Shown: positions 46,136-59,150 of the stretch, in pieces
How the letters are laid out: each line of letters opens with the position of its first letter
Position numbering within the stretch: the stretch's first letter is position 1
Assembly (NCBI RefSeq): GCF_032191835.1
Contig: NC_083229.1
Location: 38,006,001 to 38,070,000 of the forward strand
DNA: 64,000 bases
Source: Heteronotia binoei
Taxonomy: Eukaryota
Direction: 5' to 3'
The notes under the pieces: model-generated
Seen by the model: the letters and a program-made list of their open reading frames with translations, nothing else
What the model was told of the DNA's origin: nothing
Database searches by the model: none
Program-made: the position numbers and the translations under genes

Positions 46136-47334
46136 AGGACCAAGTGGCAGGATGCTGAAAACGCTGTGCTTCTTAAACTGTCATGGGAGGAGCAGCTTCT
46201 CCATTCTCTCCTTCTGAAGGTGCCAATATACTAAACAGAAAGCCTTTGAGGCAAAGAAGAATGACTGATCTCAGTGCTAAATGAGGAGAGGCAAAGGAAG
46301 TTTTAGGGTATTTCTAGGAACTGCACATATTCTGAAATTAAGCAGTGGATCCTATTTCTCTCTTGTAGGTAAGAACAGAGAAATTGCCTCTGTCTTCCTG
46401 CTTCTCCCCCTCCCACCAACAGCCCTCTGTTGCTGCTTGGTCTATGGCAACTTTCCCAGAAGCCAGTTGTGTAGGGGGGAAGAGATTTGGGCAGGGGAAG
46501 CTGGAGTGCTTTACAGATCATATTTTGCCTGCTTCTGATTTACAGTGAAAGTTGACATGGGAGTCAGCCTTACCCCTGTGTCTCATACAAACAGAGAATC
46601 TGGAATGGTACAGATGTTTATTCAAGATGACAGTATGTGTTATGCATGAAGTCGGTTCCAGTGCTTACAAAATGCATACAAAAGAAGACTGTTACCTTAG
46701 CACTAGGTATGCTAAAATAGATGATGATAAAATTAATAGTGGATGCCAGAGTCTGGGATGCACACGAAGCATGCCAGAGAAAATCCTCTCCAAAAACACT
46801 CTATCACAGCATGGAAATGTCTTGGTTCCAATTGCTTGTGTTATTCCATGACTAGAATGAAATTAATTACAGGAGAATCTATGCCATACAGAGCAAAGTG
46901 ATATAAACCAGACAACTCAACGCCCACTCTCTCCCTCTGAGTACTTTAAGCTGCTGCCAGATGATCTGGTGAGAAATGGAGGGCATTCTTTCATTGTTGT
47001 ATTTGGATCTTCGGGGGAGCTCTGTGCTGAGAAGCATGTAGGAGACTTTGGAGCAGAGGTAAAAACATCTACTGTTCCTGCTGCAGTTGACATCCACAGC
47101 TTTACTGTTCACATTGTTCATTGACAAATACTGGGTTCCACCACTAGGGGCCACTAAGGATTCATCTTCAAAATCTACAGATCTTTGAAAAACCCATTTT
47201 GTTACTTTTAGGTTCTGCTCCCAGGCTATGCAGTACATTTGTAAATGAACATAAAGGCTTCATGCTCATCTTCCCTGCCAAGTATAGCCAATGCATATTT
47301 AATGTTGAAAATATGTTTCATTTAACTAAAAATA

Positions 47335-47613
47335 AAAAGGTAAAACAAGCACCAGTCATTTCCGACTATTGACGTTGCTTTCACAATGTTTTCAAGGTAG
47401 ACTTTTTATGGAGTGGTTTGCTATTGCCTTCCCCAGTCATCTACACTTTACCCTCAGCAAGCTGGGTACTCATTTTACTGACCTCGGAAGGATGGAAGGC
47501 TGAGTCAACCTTGAGCTGGTTACCAGAACCCAGCTTCCACCAGGATCGAACTCAGGTTATGAGCAGAGCTTGGACTGCAGTACTGTAGCTTACCACTCTG
47601 CACCACAGGGCTC
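47335..47613 (-). mobile_element. Sauria-type SINE
   Basis: Family similarity over about 280 bp. Confidence 0.85.
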
Positions 47614-48614
47614 CTTTAACTAAGAATAGCAACTGAGAAATGTGGGTTTATTTCAGTGATAACATTAAAATCTAAGTTTTATTATTTTTTTTTTAATTAA
47701 CCTGTCTTTCACCTCTCTAGGAAGGCATGCAAGAATGTAGGTGGACAACTTTGGAGCATAAAGAGTCTGTTTCAGAGGAACATCTGCCCTGAAGGCAGCC
47801 AGACCTTTGAATATCCTGAAGGGAATTTTGAAAACCCCAACTAACTGGCCTATTTCAAGTAGCAAGGCTTAGGTTGGGCCTGAATAATTTCTCTAGTGTT
47901 TGCAGGTATTGATACATTTGTTTGAAGGGGACAAATCTTTGCTCTGTATCTTCCTTGGGATGATGGAATAATCAAGCATAAATCTACCCATTGATGCCCA
48001 TGGACTGGATTCCAGAAACCTTTGGAATGCACCCCCTAGTTTCAGTGCCTATTTGGCTGATCAAGTGGTTGAGACATACAATAGTAAATGACCATGCTAT
48101 CAAGGGTACAGTTATAGGTGAGTACTGTGCCATTGTTTGGGCATAGGATTTTTCTTTCTTTTGCCGTTGCTGTTAAGAGAACAAGTGATCAATGGGTGAC
48201 TCACCCCGACTGCCCTGAGACTACGTTGTACTTGGCTTGACTGTCATGTGATTTTTCTTTCAAAGTACGCCATCTTGAACTCACAAGGGGAAAAAGGGCA
48301 GAACTGATGTATTGTCATAAGCAACGTTTGTAGATTTTTTTAAAAAAAAAAAGCTTATATTTGGCTTGATTTTTAATTGTCAGACTGATTTAAATTGAGC
48401 CAGAGACCAAGGCATTAGGAGTTTTAAGTACTTTGATCAATTTCTGTTCATCTCTTCCACAGATCTGGAGACAATGTTGGTGAGTGTTTAAGTGCTGCTT
48501 AGCCATGCTGGGGCAGCTAGCATTTTTTTCTCTTGCAAAGACAGGGTGCCAGAAAACACCCACTTAAAAAAAAATCAAATCCAACGTTTATGGTTGTTAA
48601 CATAGGAGTTAGAT

Positions 48615-48845
48615 TTTAGTCCTTTGGGACCAACAAGATATATAAGGTTTAAGCTTTTGAGAGTCAGAGCTCCCTTCGTCATACAAGCAGCAATGGGGTC
48701 CCAAGTATCTCCACTCCTACTTGTATCTGACGAAGGGAGCTCTGACTCTCAGAAGCTTAAAGCTTGGAAACTTTGTTGGCTCCTAAGTACTACTGGACTG
48801 AAATCTAGCTCTTTTACTACAGACCAACACAGTTATCCTCTGAAA
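48615..48845. mobile_element. Penelope-like inverted pair
   Basis: Opposed copies of gacgaagggagctctgactctc..aagctt. Confidence 0.75.
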
Positions 48846-49229
48846 GTTTCTTGACATAGTTGAGTCTGAGGTGATTCTGGACTCAAATCGATTCTACTTC
48901 TACTGCAGACCAACAGGGTTACCCCCTCTGAAATGCTCTTAACATAAATTACCTAGAAGAATTCACAAGAATTTTACATTCCTTGCAAGTAGGTAGAATT
49001 CCAGGGACACACAACTCACTCACGTTTACTCTGGGTCAGGAAATCTGGAGTAATGACCGCTTGCTAGTTTTGTCCTTAGAACAGAAAGAAGAAAACATTA
49101 TCACATTAATTAGCCCTAATTTTGTTTACAAAGAGTAACAGCAGCTCCACCATAGGAACTGAACTCCCTCCCACCTCGACCTACTGTCTTTTGAAACTAG
49201 ATCAGCTCTGCCAAAAGGCGGTTCATCTA

Positions 49230-50230
49230 AACGGGGGAAAGGGCTACTTACGTTCTTCCGGATAAGCCCAGATGAGCTTTCCCCCACAATATACTAGTCT
49301 CCAAGGCGGCATTATGTGTAACTGTTACTTGTGGCGCATCACAATAGAGGCTGCCTGTATTGAAGAAGCAGCAACTGCATCGCCCCCGGTGCAGACGTCA
49401 AACCAGCCTGCTTGAACGCGGGGAGAAAAGTGTGAACAAAGCCCCAGCGGGAACATACGTCTTGGCAGCCACCAATTACGGCCCAACCCCGGTTGTGAAG
49501 TTTGCAAAGCCATTTCAGACTATTCCCGCTGGTTAAACTTTTCCGCCATACAGACACGGGGCTGCAGAGGGCGCCGCCGCTTTCGCCAAACGGGAGGAAG
49601 GCTCTCGCGCCGCCTAGAGGCTGAAAGACGCACAAAGCCTCGCCAACAAGGTTATCGGCTGCGATAACGTTTATAAAAGGGATTCTTCTCCGATTAACTC
49701 ACTGTTGTTTTTGGGTTTTTGCGCGCCCAGAATTTTTACGCCAAGCCGAGAGAACCCCCCTCAGTAGCCAAGAAGAAGACAAATGGTCGTTCATGGAGTC
49801 AGGAAAGCTGGTTCCCGTGCATCGTCTGTAGCAGCTCCATAGCAACCCGACTTTGCTGTGAGACCACACAAAACTGACCCACGCCAAGTTTTGTAGCAAT
49901 TCCTGCGCGCCAAAGCCCGGTCGTGGTTTTTGTTTTTTCTTTGCAGCCTCTCTGCCCGGGTCCCAACGGAGGCAGCTGCGCTGAGGAGAATGCGTCTCTA
50001 ACTCACTCAGCACTGGCAGGGATAAGCGTGTCTTTTAAACGCCGGGCAAGCAGGGACTCCATGCGCCCTCGCCATGCGAGAAAAGAGGCTGACCACCGGT
50101 ATGTACTGAGACAGCAGAGAAATGAAGAGGCTCGCATGCCCTGCCCCCCTCAGTCATCCCACCGCCATAGCGAGAGGCTAAAGGGCAGTGGATGGAGCAC
50201 GTGCTGCGTTTGTTCTCACCCTTTCTTCCA
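49230..50230. promoter_or_regulatory. CpG island, RGS22 promoter
   Basis: CpG-rich block containing RGS22 exon 1; RFX half-site-like CTCCATAGCAAC at 49835-49846. Confidence 0.75.
50074..50098 (+). CDS. RGS22: RGS22 coding exon 1 (MREKRLTT)
   Basis: gccATG Kozak, 25 coding nt, G|gtatgt; matches recalled human MPEKRLTA. Confidence 0.88.
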
Positions 50231-50759
50231 TTAGGGAACTCAAGGCGGCGTACATAGGAGTGTTTCCCATCTGGTCACTGACCAGACCGCTTCTTACCCA
50301 AGGTTGCTGGTTTAAAGGCCGTCCACCTAGTCCTCTCTAACCTCTCTAGTTAGGGTTACTAGACTCCAGGTAGCACCTGGAGATGTTACAGTTGATCTCC
50401 AGACTACCAGGATCACTTCCCCTGGAGAAAATGGCTGCTTTGGGGGATGGTTTCTATGGCACTGTATCATTGCTGAGGTCCCTCCCCTCCTCAAAACCCA
50501 CCCTCTCCAGATTCCACCCCCAAAATCTCCAGGTATTTTCCAACTCAGATTAGCCAGTTTTATCCCTAGCTAAAAGAGTCCTAGTTCAGGCCAGGTTCTT
50601 GCATTTCACCATCCCATAACTCATTAGCACTGGAACAGAATGCATAGCCTCTGTCATCTGGCAATAATAGCATGCTGCTCCAGACTACTGGTGGAGGGAT
50701 CCCTTTCTTGATACACCTATGTTCAAAAGTCCCTTATGTTAAAAATGCCCTGACCTGGA

Positions 50760-51392
50760 TAGTCCAGCCTAGCCCAATCCCATCAGATCTGGGAAACTAA
50801 ACAGTGTTGGTTGGCCCTGTTTAGCATTTGGATGGGAGAGCACCAAGGTAGTCCAGGTTCTCCTACACAGAGGCAGGCAATGGCAAACCACCTCTGAACA
50901 TCTCTTGCCTTGAAACTCCCCCCCCCCCGAGTTGTTAAACTCATTTGTTATGAGGGCTAAATCTGACATAAGTGTCACTTTGTCAGGCCAGGCCATGCAT
51001 GCTATAAAATGTAATACTAGGCACCTGAGATATAAACCTTATAAAGGACACAAGAAAACCCAGTTAACATTTTTCTTTACTCCAAATACAAACATGCTTA
51101 AAACATGAACACTCGTACAGTATTTTCTTAATATATCTCCCTGATGCCCATCCTTCCACTTTCACCAGCCATTGCTCATTATTTATTTATCACTTCACAT
51201 TTCTATCCCATCCTTCCCAAATGGTACACTGGGACAGTGTACAGGGACATAATGCACAGCCTCTGTCATCTGGCAATAAAGGTAATGACCAGTTGCTTTG
51301 GGGCTTGTTCTGGCTTGTGGGCTGTATGTTTGACATCCCTGCCCTAAGGGGTTGCCATAAGTGAGCTGTGACTTGACAGCAAAAAAAAAAAA
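50760..51392 (+). mobile_element. 5S-derived SINE split by a ~430-bp insertion
   Basis: 5S-like head 50760-50860, body to ~50920, tail ggggttgccataagt...gacttgacagc at ~51347-51392. Confidence 0.6.
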
Positions 51393-52505
51393 GGAGGGGG
51401 GAGTGAAAAACTGCTTACAAGTGAAGAGAGTAGACCAAACATTTATCCTAGTCTGTGCTATTTTCTTATTTAGTATGCTGTTATTCTACATTGCTTGTAG
51501 AAACAGTATTTGTTGCATGCAGCGTTTAAGCTGTGTTCCAAATGTGTCTCACCTTTGGCAATTAAATACATAGTGTGGTGTAGCAGTCAAAGAGATTTAG
51601 CTTGCTTGATTCACAGGCTAGGTTCAGCCCTGGAACATGTGAAATAATAAAAAAGTTTGGACAGAATGTTCAGCTCATCAAGTAACCCCACAAATCTCAC
51701 ATGTATTCAATTAAGGGTAAGGGGTTTTTTTTTAGTGGGCCAGAATTCTAAGTATGCTTCAAGCCATCATCTCTCTTGAGTAATTAAGTACTTATCTGTA
51801 GAGTCAGTGCAGAATCCCCAAAAGTTGCTTTAGATTAATCTTTGTATTGAATGTTGGAAGAGAGAATCTTTTTTCCTTCTTGGAAATGGCAACATGAAGG
51901 AGACTTGATTGCAAGTATTATCTCATTAAGAGGATAACTTGTAAATGGGCATGAAGTTCCACAGGAGAAACACCATGTTTTAAATGCATGAAGGTCTGCA
52001 AATCTTCAAGACCCCAGGATCTCCAATTAAAAGGATTAGGTAGGAGGTGAAAGACCTTTACTAGAGTAGACAGTTACTAACTGCTTGCAAAGCAGATGCT
52101 CAGTCCCTCCTTCTTTATAGCTAATTGAAATCAGTGGCATTGTATCCAGGCCACACTTCAGTGCCCTTTATTTTGTTTTGGATCATAAGAACACAACATT
52201 TGCTACTTTTTCACTGAGCAAAATGCTTATTTTCTGCTTTACAACAGACTTTAGCTATGTAGCTTCTGACTTTAGGATTGAAAACTAAATCTGAAAGATA
52301 GTGGTTTGCAGCATGTGAAACAATGATTTAGTGTAATTGTCTGAATACAGAAGCCCACATTACCTGCAATGTTAGGGTACTCCAAACCAGGATCTGAAAC
52401 TATGATTTGAAGTTTATTTATTTATTCTGGTTTTATTTTATGAATGAATATGGACATCTTGGCTTAGTCCTGGCTTGTTGCAGTGTCCAGTGCTGGATCT
52501 TATCA

Positions 52506-52790
52506 CAGGGGCGGTCAAATAGTGGCTCGAGAGCCACTTGTGGCTCTTTCACACACATTATGTGACTCTCAAAGCCCCCACCACCCTGTTGGCCGGCTCT
52601 GAGAAGGCATTGTTTCTTTAAATCACTTCTCCAAGTCAGCTGGTGGCTTGGATAATGCACTTAAAGTTAGTTGCTTTCTTTCTACCCCTCCCTCCCTCCC
52701 TTCGTTCTTTCCTTCCTTCCTCTTGTTGCTCTCAAACATCTGATGTTTATTCTTTGTGGCTCTTATGTTAAGCAAGTCTGGCCACCCCTG
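52506..52790 (-). mobile_element. hAT (Buster-like) MITE copy
   Basis: TIRs; TSD tcttatca/ccttatca. Confidence 0.85.
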
Positions 52791-53244
52791 CCTTATCACA
52801 GCGTAGGCCAAGAGGCCAGTTGGATCTCTTGGAGAGAAGGACAAAGGTGATCAAACCAGCCTTTATCAAGGCCAACCTGGATTTGAATTATTGTCTGTAA
52901 CCTGAAACTTGGTATCCTAAACTAACAGCATTTAAAATTAATAATGATTCTGTGTTATGCCTGAATTGAACCATTGGCGTTACTCAAAGCTAGATGGATA
53001 GGGTTGCCCACGCTAGGTTGGGAAATTCCTGGACTCTTGGAGGAGTGGAGCTTATGGAAGTTAGGGCTTGGGGAGGAGGGAGAGGGACCATAGTGGGTTA
53101 TAATGTCATAGAGTCCACCCTCCAAAGCTGACATTTTCTCCAGAGGAACTGATCTTGGTCATCTGGAGATCACTCGTAGTTTGGGAGACGGGCCTTACAC
53201 TAACTGTTCCTTGTTCCAAGCCCAATTTTCTATCCTTTGGTTTA

Positions 53245-53408
53245 ACAAGGTCAGTATTGTGTACTCTGACAGGCAGCAGTTCCACAGAGTATCGGGTTGG
53301 GGTGTTTCACATTGCCTACTATCTGATCCTTTTAGCTAGAGGTACCAGAGATTGAACTTGGGGATCTCTGCATGTAAAGCAAATGTTCTGCTTTTGGGCC
53401 ATGGCCCC
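53245..53408 (-). mobile_element. tRNA-derived SINE with CR1-like tail
   Basis: Similar to 61685-61900 and 63445-63635. Confidence 0.6.
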
Positions 53409-54024
53409 TCCCTAGGCTGTGATTTTTTGGGGGTGGGAATTAGCTCAGGAAGAAAGGGCTAAACATGCACATGTGCTACAATCCTGATCCACCAAATCCC
53501 TTGCTACGTGTGCCCACACTCAATGTGGCCTGCATCCAAATCACACTCATGTGGCTGCTTGTTAGGATTAAAGTACATGGCAATAGATCCAGTCATGGAT
53601 CCCCAAGGCACTATGCCATTTTATTTATTTACTTGGTGTAGGTGGCAAACCATCAAATCCATTCAAACAGATTTTTAAAATTAGGTATTATAAACTAATT
53701 AAAATCCATAAATAAGACATATAAACAATTGTGTTTGGGCCTAATAAGTTATAGTAGGAAGCTGATACAGGAAACAAAACATCTGGAGAAGAGCTTTAGT
53801 AGTGATACTTTTACTTTAGATACTTTTATATTACTTTTCTCAATGAATTCTGCTTATTTCCCTCTCATTTAGCAAATCAATAAAACAGGAATTCTGTGTG
53901 TGTGTAATGTTTTTGTATTTTTATTGCTATACAATACTGTGAAATATATAATAAAATAATAACTGAGAAGTAATTAAGCTGATTAATTGTTCATGGTTCT
54001 GCTTTGTTTTTGTGTCTGTTTCAG

Positions 54025-54053
54025 TGCCTCCCTGTATCAGAGAAAACGAATTT
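54025..54053 (+). CDS. RGS22: RGS22 exon 2 ((V)PPCIRENEF)
   Basis: 29-nt exon, tttcag / gtaagt; matches recalled human EPPTITEEEF in length and phase. Confidence 0.85.
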
Positions 54054-56436
54054 GTAAGTAACCTATTTTCCCCTGTCTTCAGAAGAAGCAGGCAATCATT
54101 GAACATTATTTACTTCAGTAAACATTATGGTTGGCAATCATGTGCCTGCCATCTAATTTCTTCTTCATTTTTAATCTACTGTTTTTTATTTTCCACTTTT
54201 AAAATAACAACTTGTTTCACAAGGAGGATATGAACTAGTCAGGCACAGAAATTGAAAAGGACTGTTTGTATCTTTGCATTGTTTAATTGTAACAAGAATA
54301 CACTTGCTTCTGTATCTTTGCAAGGCATAGGTGGTCTCTCAAGGGACCAAGTGTAAACAAATCCCACACAACAATTTTTGTTGTTCACCATTTGCCCCAC
54401 CACCAGAGAACAATATCTCCGAGTGCTTTCCAGAAACGTTGCTTTTCTCAGACTCAGTTCAGGGCTCAGAAAGAATACACTGAATGATTTATGAACTTGT
54501 GGTTCACTGGCTTTGTTGATGAACTACCCCAGCTGCAAAGAGTCAAGATGAGCTCCCTGTAAGCACTGTCTGTGCTGATCTAGAATATACTATATGGTGT
54601 ATCAACAAAAGGGCCAAATCAATTAATCATAAAACTTTTGGGGCATTCTTCCTAAGGAGAAGAAAGAAATATAGATAGGTTTGAGGCAATAGAGAAGAGA
54701 AGTGGAAGGCAAGATCTCAGCTGATGCCAAGGTAACATATATCCTAAATTGAATTCCAGTAACTGTCTCCTTCCCTACAATTCAAGATTTCCTCCACTGA
54801 CTTCAGTTTATTGCCCCAGTAGCATGCCTTCCAGCTGGGGATGTTCTGGATCTTTTATAATTCCAAAGCAATCCAGGCTCTTCCGATGTTTAAACACAAA
54901 ATAACTGAAAGCTAATTTGGCCTCTCTAATTGGGCAATTTAGTTATTCCAGGTTGATTACTGATTAAAAGGAAGTTGTCTTAGTAGATTCTTTGCCTCCC
55001 TTTCACTTCATGTTTAACTCTCCTGCTTTTTCTTTTTTACCTCTATGCTGTTTGTAGATTGTTTTGTCAAACCAAGCACAATTTTTTCCTTTCTGTGGCT
55101 GTCACTTTTTTTCTGCTAGGGCTCTGCCTCCACCTCTAACAGCTGCAAAACAGACAGAAACTCAACATGTGTTGAACTGTCAATGCACCTAATAAGCTGT
55201 GGAAAGGCTTCTCTTGTTAAGTCTGTTAAAGCAGAACTTTCTACCTGCACAACACCTTTTTCTACAAGATAATTTTGGAAAGCCCCCCCTCCCACATTGT
55301 TTTCCATTCAGAAAAAAATGTGCATTTTAGTAGTATACAGAGAACAAAGCTAAATATATTTTAAAACGAATTTTGAGTAAGGCTTCAGTACTAAACATAT
55401 AATTACTTGGATATACTTTTTATGAATTCAGTATAACTTCTGAATAAATGTGTTTAGAATTAAGGGAAATAGAGAGATGATGTTTCTGGGAGCTGGTATA
55501 ATGAAGTAGCTAAGATAATGATCTGTGATCCATGATCACAGTTTAGATTTCGCGTCTCTACCATAGACTTGATACATGGCGTTCAGCAAGCCGTTCTTTC
55601 TGAGCACCTCATCTACAACAGAAAGGATAATAATATTGGCCAATCGCACAAGATTGTTGTGCAAAATATAAAGTGCTTTGAACTTTGTGAAGTGCTTTCA
55701 ACATATGAAAATACTGTACAAATACCAGATGTATTAGTTTCTGATAGGAAAGTTTAAAATCTGGGAGAAAGCCTGCGCAGAATCTGTTTTACTTTTTTTT
55801 GTTTGTCCTTCCCCATTTCATTTTCTGATGCTGCTATCACTGTTACAAAAATAATAAAAGTGGATTAAGAAATGAAAGTCCTATAGGGAATTTTCACTGT
55901 ATTAAAAGTTAAGATAAAAGTGCAACAAGAAATCATATACAAATAATGCAATAAAACATATTGATAAAAGATGCAATTTTAAAACATATATTCTTTCTTT
56001 TTGCTACTTTAGTCTATAAATGACACCATTAGAGCACATAAAAGCAATTCTGAAAAAAAAGGTTAAGTTAGTTCCCTGTGCAAGCACCAGTCGTTTTCAG
56101 AAACATCAAGTAGGTTCACCGATAGGAATATGATGACCCAGTTATATTTCTTTGAGCAGAACTGATATTCAAGGATTTCTAGTAAGTTTCTGTGCCCACT
56201 TAAAAGTATTGGTCATTGAAGTCCTAAACAGTTAGGACTCCAGTTATCTGAAAGAAAGCCTCCTCCCATATTGACTTGCTTGAGTCGCTGAGATCTGTCA
56301 GATACACTAGAGATGTGAACTGGGCAAAAATTCATTATAACTTCGGCTCTGGGCTTTACGGGAGAAATTTTTTAACATGATTGTTTATTTTGAAGTAGGG
56401 CATCATTATTCTAGGATTTGAATCAATGTTATTTCA

Positions 56437-56732
56437 AAGGTAAAAAGGTAAAGGTAGTCTCCTGTGCAAGCACCAATCGTTTTTGACTCTGGGGTGATGT
56501 TGCTTTCACAACATTTTCACAGCAGACTTTTTACAGGGTGGTTTGCCATTGCCTTCCCCAGTCATCTACACTTTCCCCCCAGCAAGCTGGGTACTCATTT
56601 TACTGACCTCGGAAGGATGGAAGGCTGAGTCAACCTGGAGCCGGTTACCTGAACCCAGCTTCCGCTGGGATCAAACTCAGGTCGTGAGCAGAGGGCTTCG
56701 ACTACAGCTTTACCACTGAGCCACGGGGCTCT
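56437..56732 (-). mobile_element. Sauria-type SINE
   Basis: aaaggtaaaggtagt tail through ccacggggctc head. Confidence 0.88.
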
Positions 56733-57682
56733 TAAAAGAAATTCTACCTGTATATATTCACAGAATTTCTAATTTCTGCAGTGAAAAGTGATTTGTTTGA
56801 CAGACTTTTCTATGGACAGAAAAGTATTAATGTTCCTTGTTAATTTTTTGTACCAGATCATCTACAAAACAACAGTTTTAAAGCAATTTGCATGCTATGA
56901 ATAAGTGTGAAATATGTTGCATTTATGCACTAGCCTATTAGTAATGAAGCTTTTCACACAAAGTACTTCCAAATGTTTAAAACTCTGCTTGTCGTTTCTG
57001 CCACTGGGAATCTTTCACTTTCTTTCAGCAGTACCGTTGTGCAACCCCCACTGATTTCAAATGTTTACACAGAAACCACAAACTTTTGACATCATCATTA
57101 TCTTGCAGGCTAATGCAGGCACTGTGATTTTCTTCATGGTGGCATTGGAGGGGACAGCTGTACCAAGATCCTGTCCTTGCTTTAAATGTAATAAGAGTAA
57201 CATTTGCTTCCATGTCTTTGCAAGGCATAGATGGTATCACTGAGGAAACCCTAAAGCAGGAGTCTGCATGCAATCTAGGGCTCCAGAGCCAAATGTGGTT
57301 CCATACAGAACTTAATATAGGTATTTGAAAATGAAAATAAGATCTTTAAGTTGATGTACATACAGCTCTAAAATAGTATTCTTTATATGAAGATTTGAGT
57401 TTGGCCATGTCACTGAATAACGTGACCAGAGAGGTGTCCATTTTTAGCAGCGAACAGTGCCTATATTGCCCAGCATGGTAGCATCTTATTGCCTGACAAG
57501 GGAGAGCTGCAAAAGATGCCATTTTGTGGGCCATGTCTTGGAGCTCTATTCCATGGGGGAGGGGGGACCGGTCAGGGTACAGTTGATTATTTTCAGAAGA
57601 GTGATGCAGCAAAGTGGCCACCCGTATTCTGAAAAAGCAGTATTCTTATTCAACCATGTGACATGTTTTTTTTAACCTTCAG

Positions 57683-57745
57683 GAGGAGTACCTAGCAACT
57701 GATGACGTCCTTGTAGACTTCTTTAATGAATTCTTGAGCCTCCCA
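57683..57745 (+). CDS. RGS22: RGS22 exon 3 (EEYLATDDVLVDFFNEFLSLP)
   Basis: 63-nt AG/GT exon; matches recalled human EDSLATDDFLVDYFNEFLSLP. Confidence 0.96.
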
Positions 57746-58574
57746 GTAAGTAGTTTGATCCAGGTTCTTCTTCAAATGCTTATTCTGAAATTTAAGAAAA
57801 TAAACTTGATTTGCAAGATTGTATGGGTTAAGGTGGTAACAACTGTGCCCTTAAAAAGTAGAATAGGTTGTTTGTATAGTCGCTCCAGTTTGCCTCCATG
57901 TCACTGTGGATATAAAGCCACACATCTGAAGCATTCGCCCTTGAAACTCACACAAAACAAAATCCAGTGTTGACTGTGTGAGAAGAATTATCTCATACAG
58001 AAGACCCCAGAGGATTTTTAGGCTGAGAGAATAATGCAGCACTCCATGCCAAAGCACCAAAATGAAGTGTCTGTTGAGAAATCCTGATCTCATCATAATT
58101 TGATTTTCTCAGGAGAATTTTCTCTCCTCAGCATCACTACAGTAATGTGAACATTTTCTATTTCCAGTCTGCTGCTGCTCTTACAAGTTATTCAGTAAGA
58201 ATGTGACACCCCTGTTAAAAACACTATTACAATTTTGGCCTTTTATTTTTTGTTTGTGCTTGTCCTGTTGTTGCCTAGAGACAGGACCCAGGTGTATGCA
58301 TTAGTATGTAGGCAAGAGGTTAAATTAAAGAGTAGCATGTGACTGGTTGTTACCAACTGCAGGAAACATGGATGAAAGTCTGTTTCTCTGTTGATTTATG
58401 GAACTTAATTCAGCTAGTGTACACTGAGGCTCGATGTTATGGAAGCCTCAGGGATGTCACCAAAAGCAGCAGCCCTGCGTCTCTCCCTCTTTTTCCCAGT
58501 GATGTTTAGTCATACCAAACGTTTAACATTATTTTACTATGCTGCACATAAAGAGTTTTAATTTGAGCCACTCT

Positions 58575-58810
58575 TTAGCTTTGGAGCCCATTTTTGTTAT
58601 ATTTTTATCTCACCTCCTTCCTCCAAGGCATTCACACTGGAATACAATGGTTCCCATCCCTCCTTTTCTCCCTCAGAACAATTGTGTGAGGTAGATTAAG
58701 CAGAGGGATAATAACTGGCCTAAGGTCTTCCAGACAGCTTCATGGCTAAGATGGAGGCTGAACCCAAGTTTCACCAGTCCTTGAGTCCAACTTGCTAACA
58801 TACTACACCA
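58575..58810 (-). mobile_element. Squam3/MIR-like SINE
   Basis: Reverse-complement core and head similarity. Confidence 0.6.
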
Positions 58811-58919
58811 AATGACTTATGGTATGGATTAATTCTATGAAGTAATTAAAAGAGGGTGTATGAGCATGTTACACTGTGAGGTATCATATGGTTATTATGT
58901 AGTAGTGAATTTGTTTGCA

Positions 58920-59150
58920 GCGGCCTAGCAGGAACTGAGGGAAAAGGGGACACTGACCTCCAGAACATGTGGTTGCTTGGGTGGAAAACACTGTTGTGCA
59001 TCAGCTCCAGAGGGGGGAGGGGTGCCCTTCAGATAGCTTTTAGCTGGAAGAATCTTGTCTGTGGCTAGTCTGCACAGGCGCAATCCCAATATGTCTGTAC
59101 AGAAGATGTTGATCAACAACAGTTACAGGTAAGTTCAACCCTGTTTTTCT
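58920..59150 (+). mobile_element. Old DIRS right-terminus remnant
   Basis: cacaggcgcaatccc...gaagat...acagttacaggtaagttcaacc resembles the young element's end gcgcaggcgcagtatccc...gaagatctacagttacaggtaagcaacc. Confidence 0.55.

Noticed and set aside
46879-47238. 119-aa minus-strand ORF, and 63-aa ORF at 55116-55307
   Set aside because: No motifs, splice context or recognisable homology.
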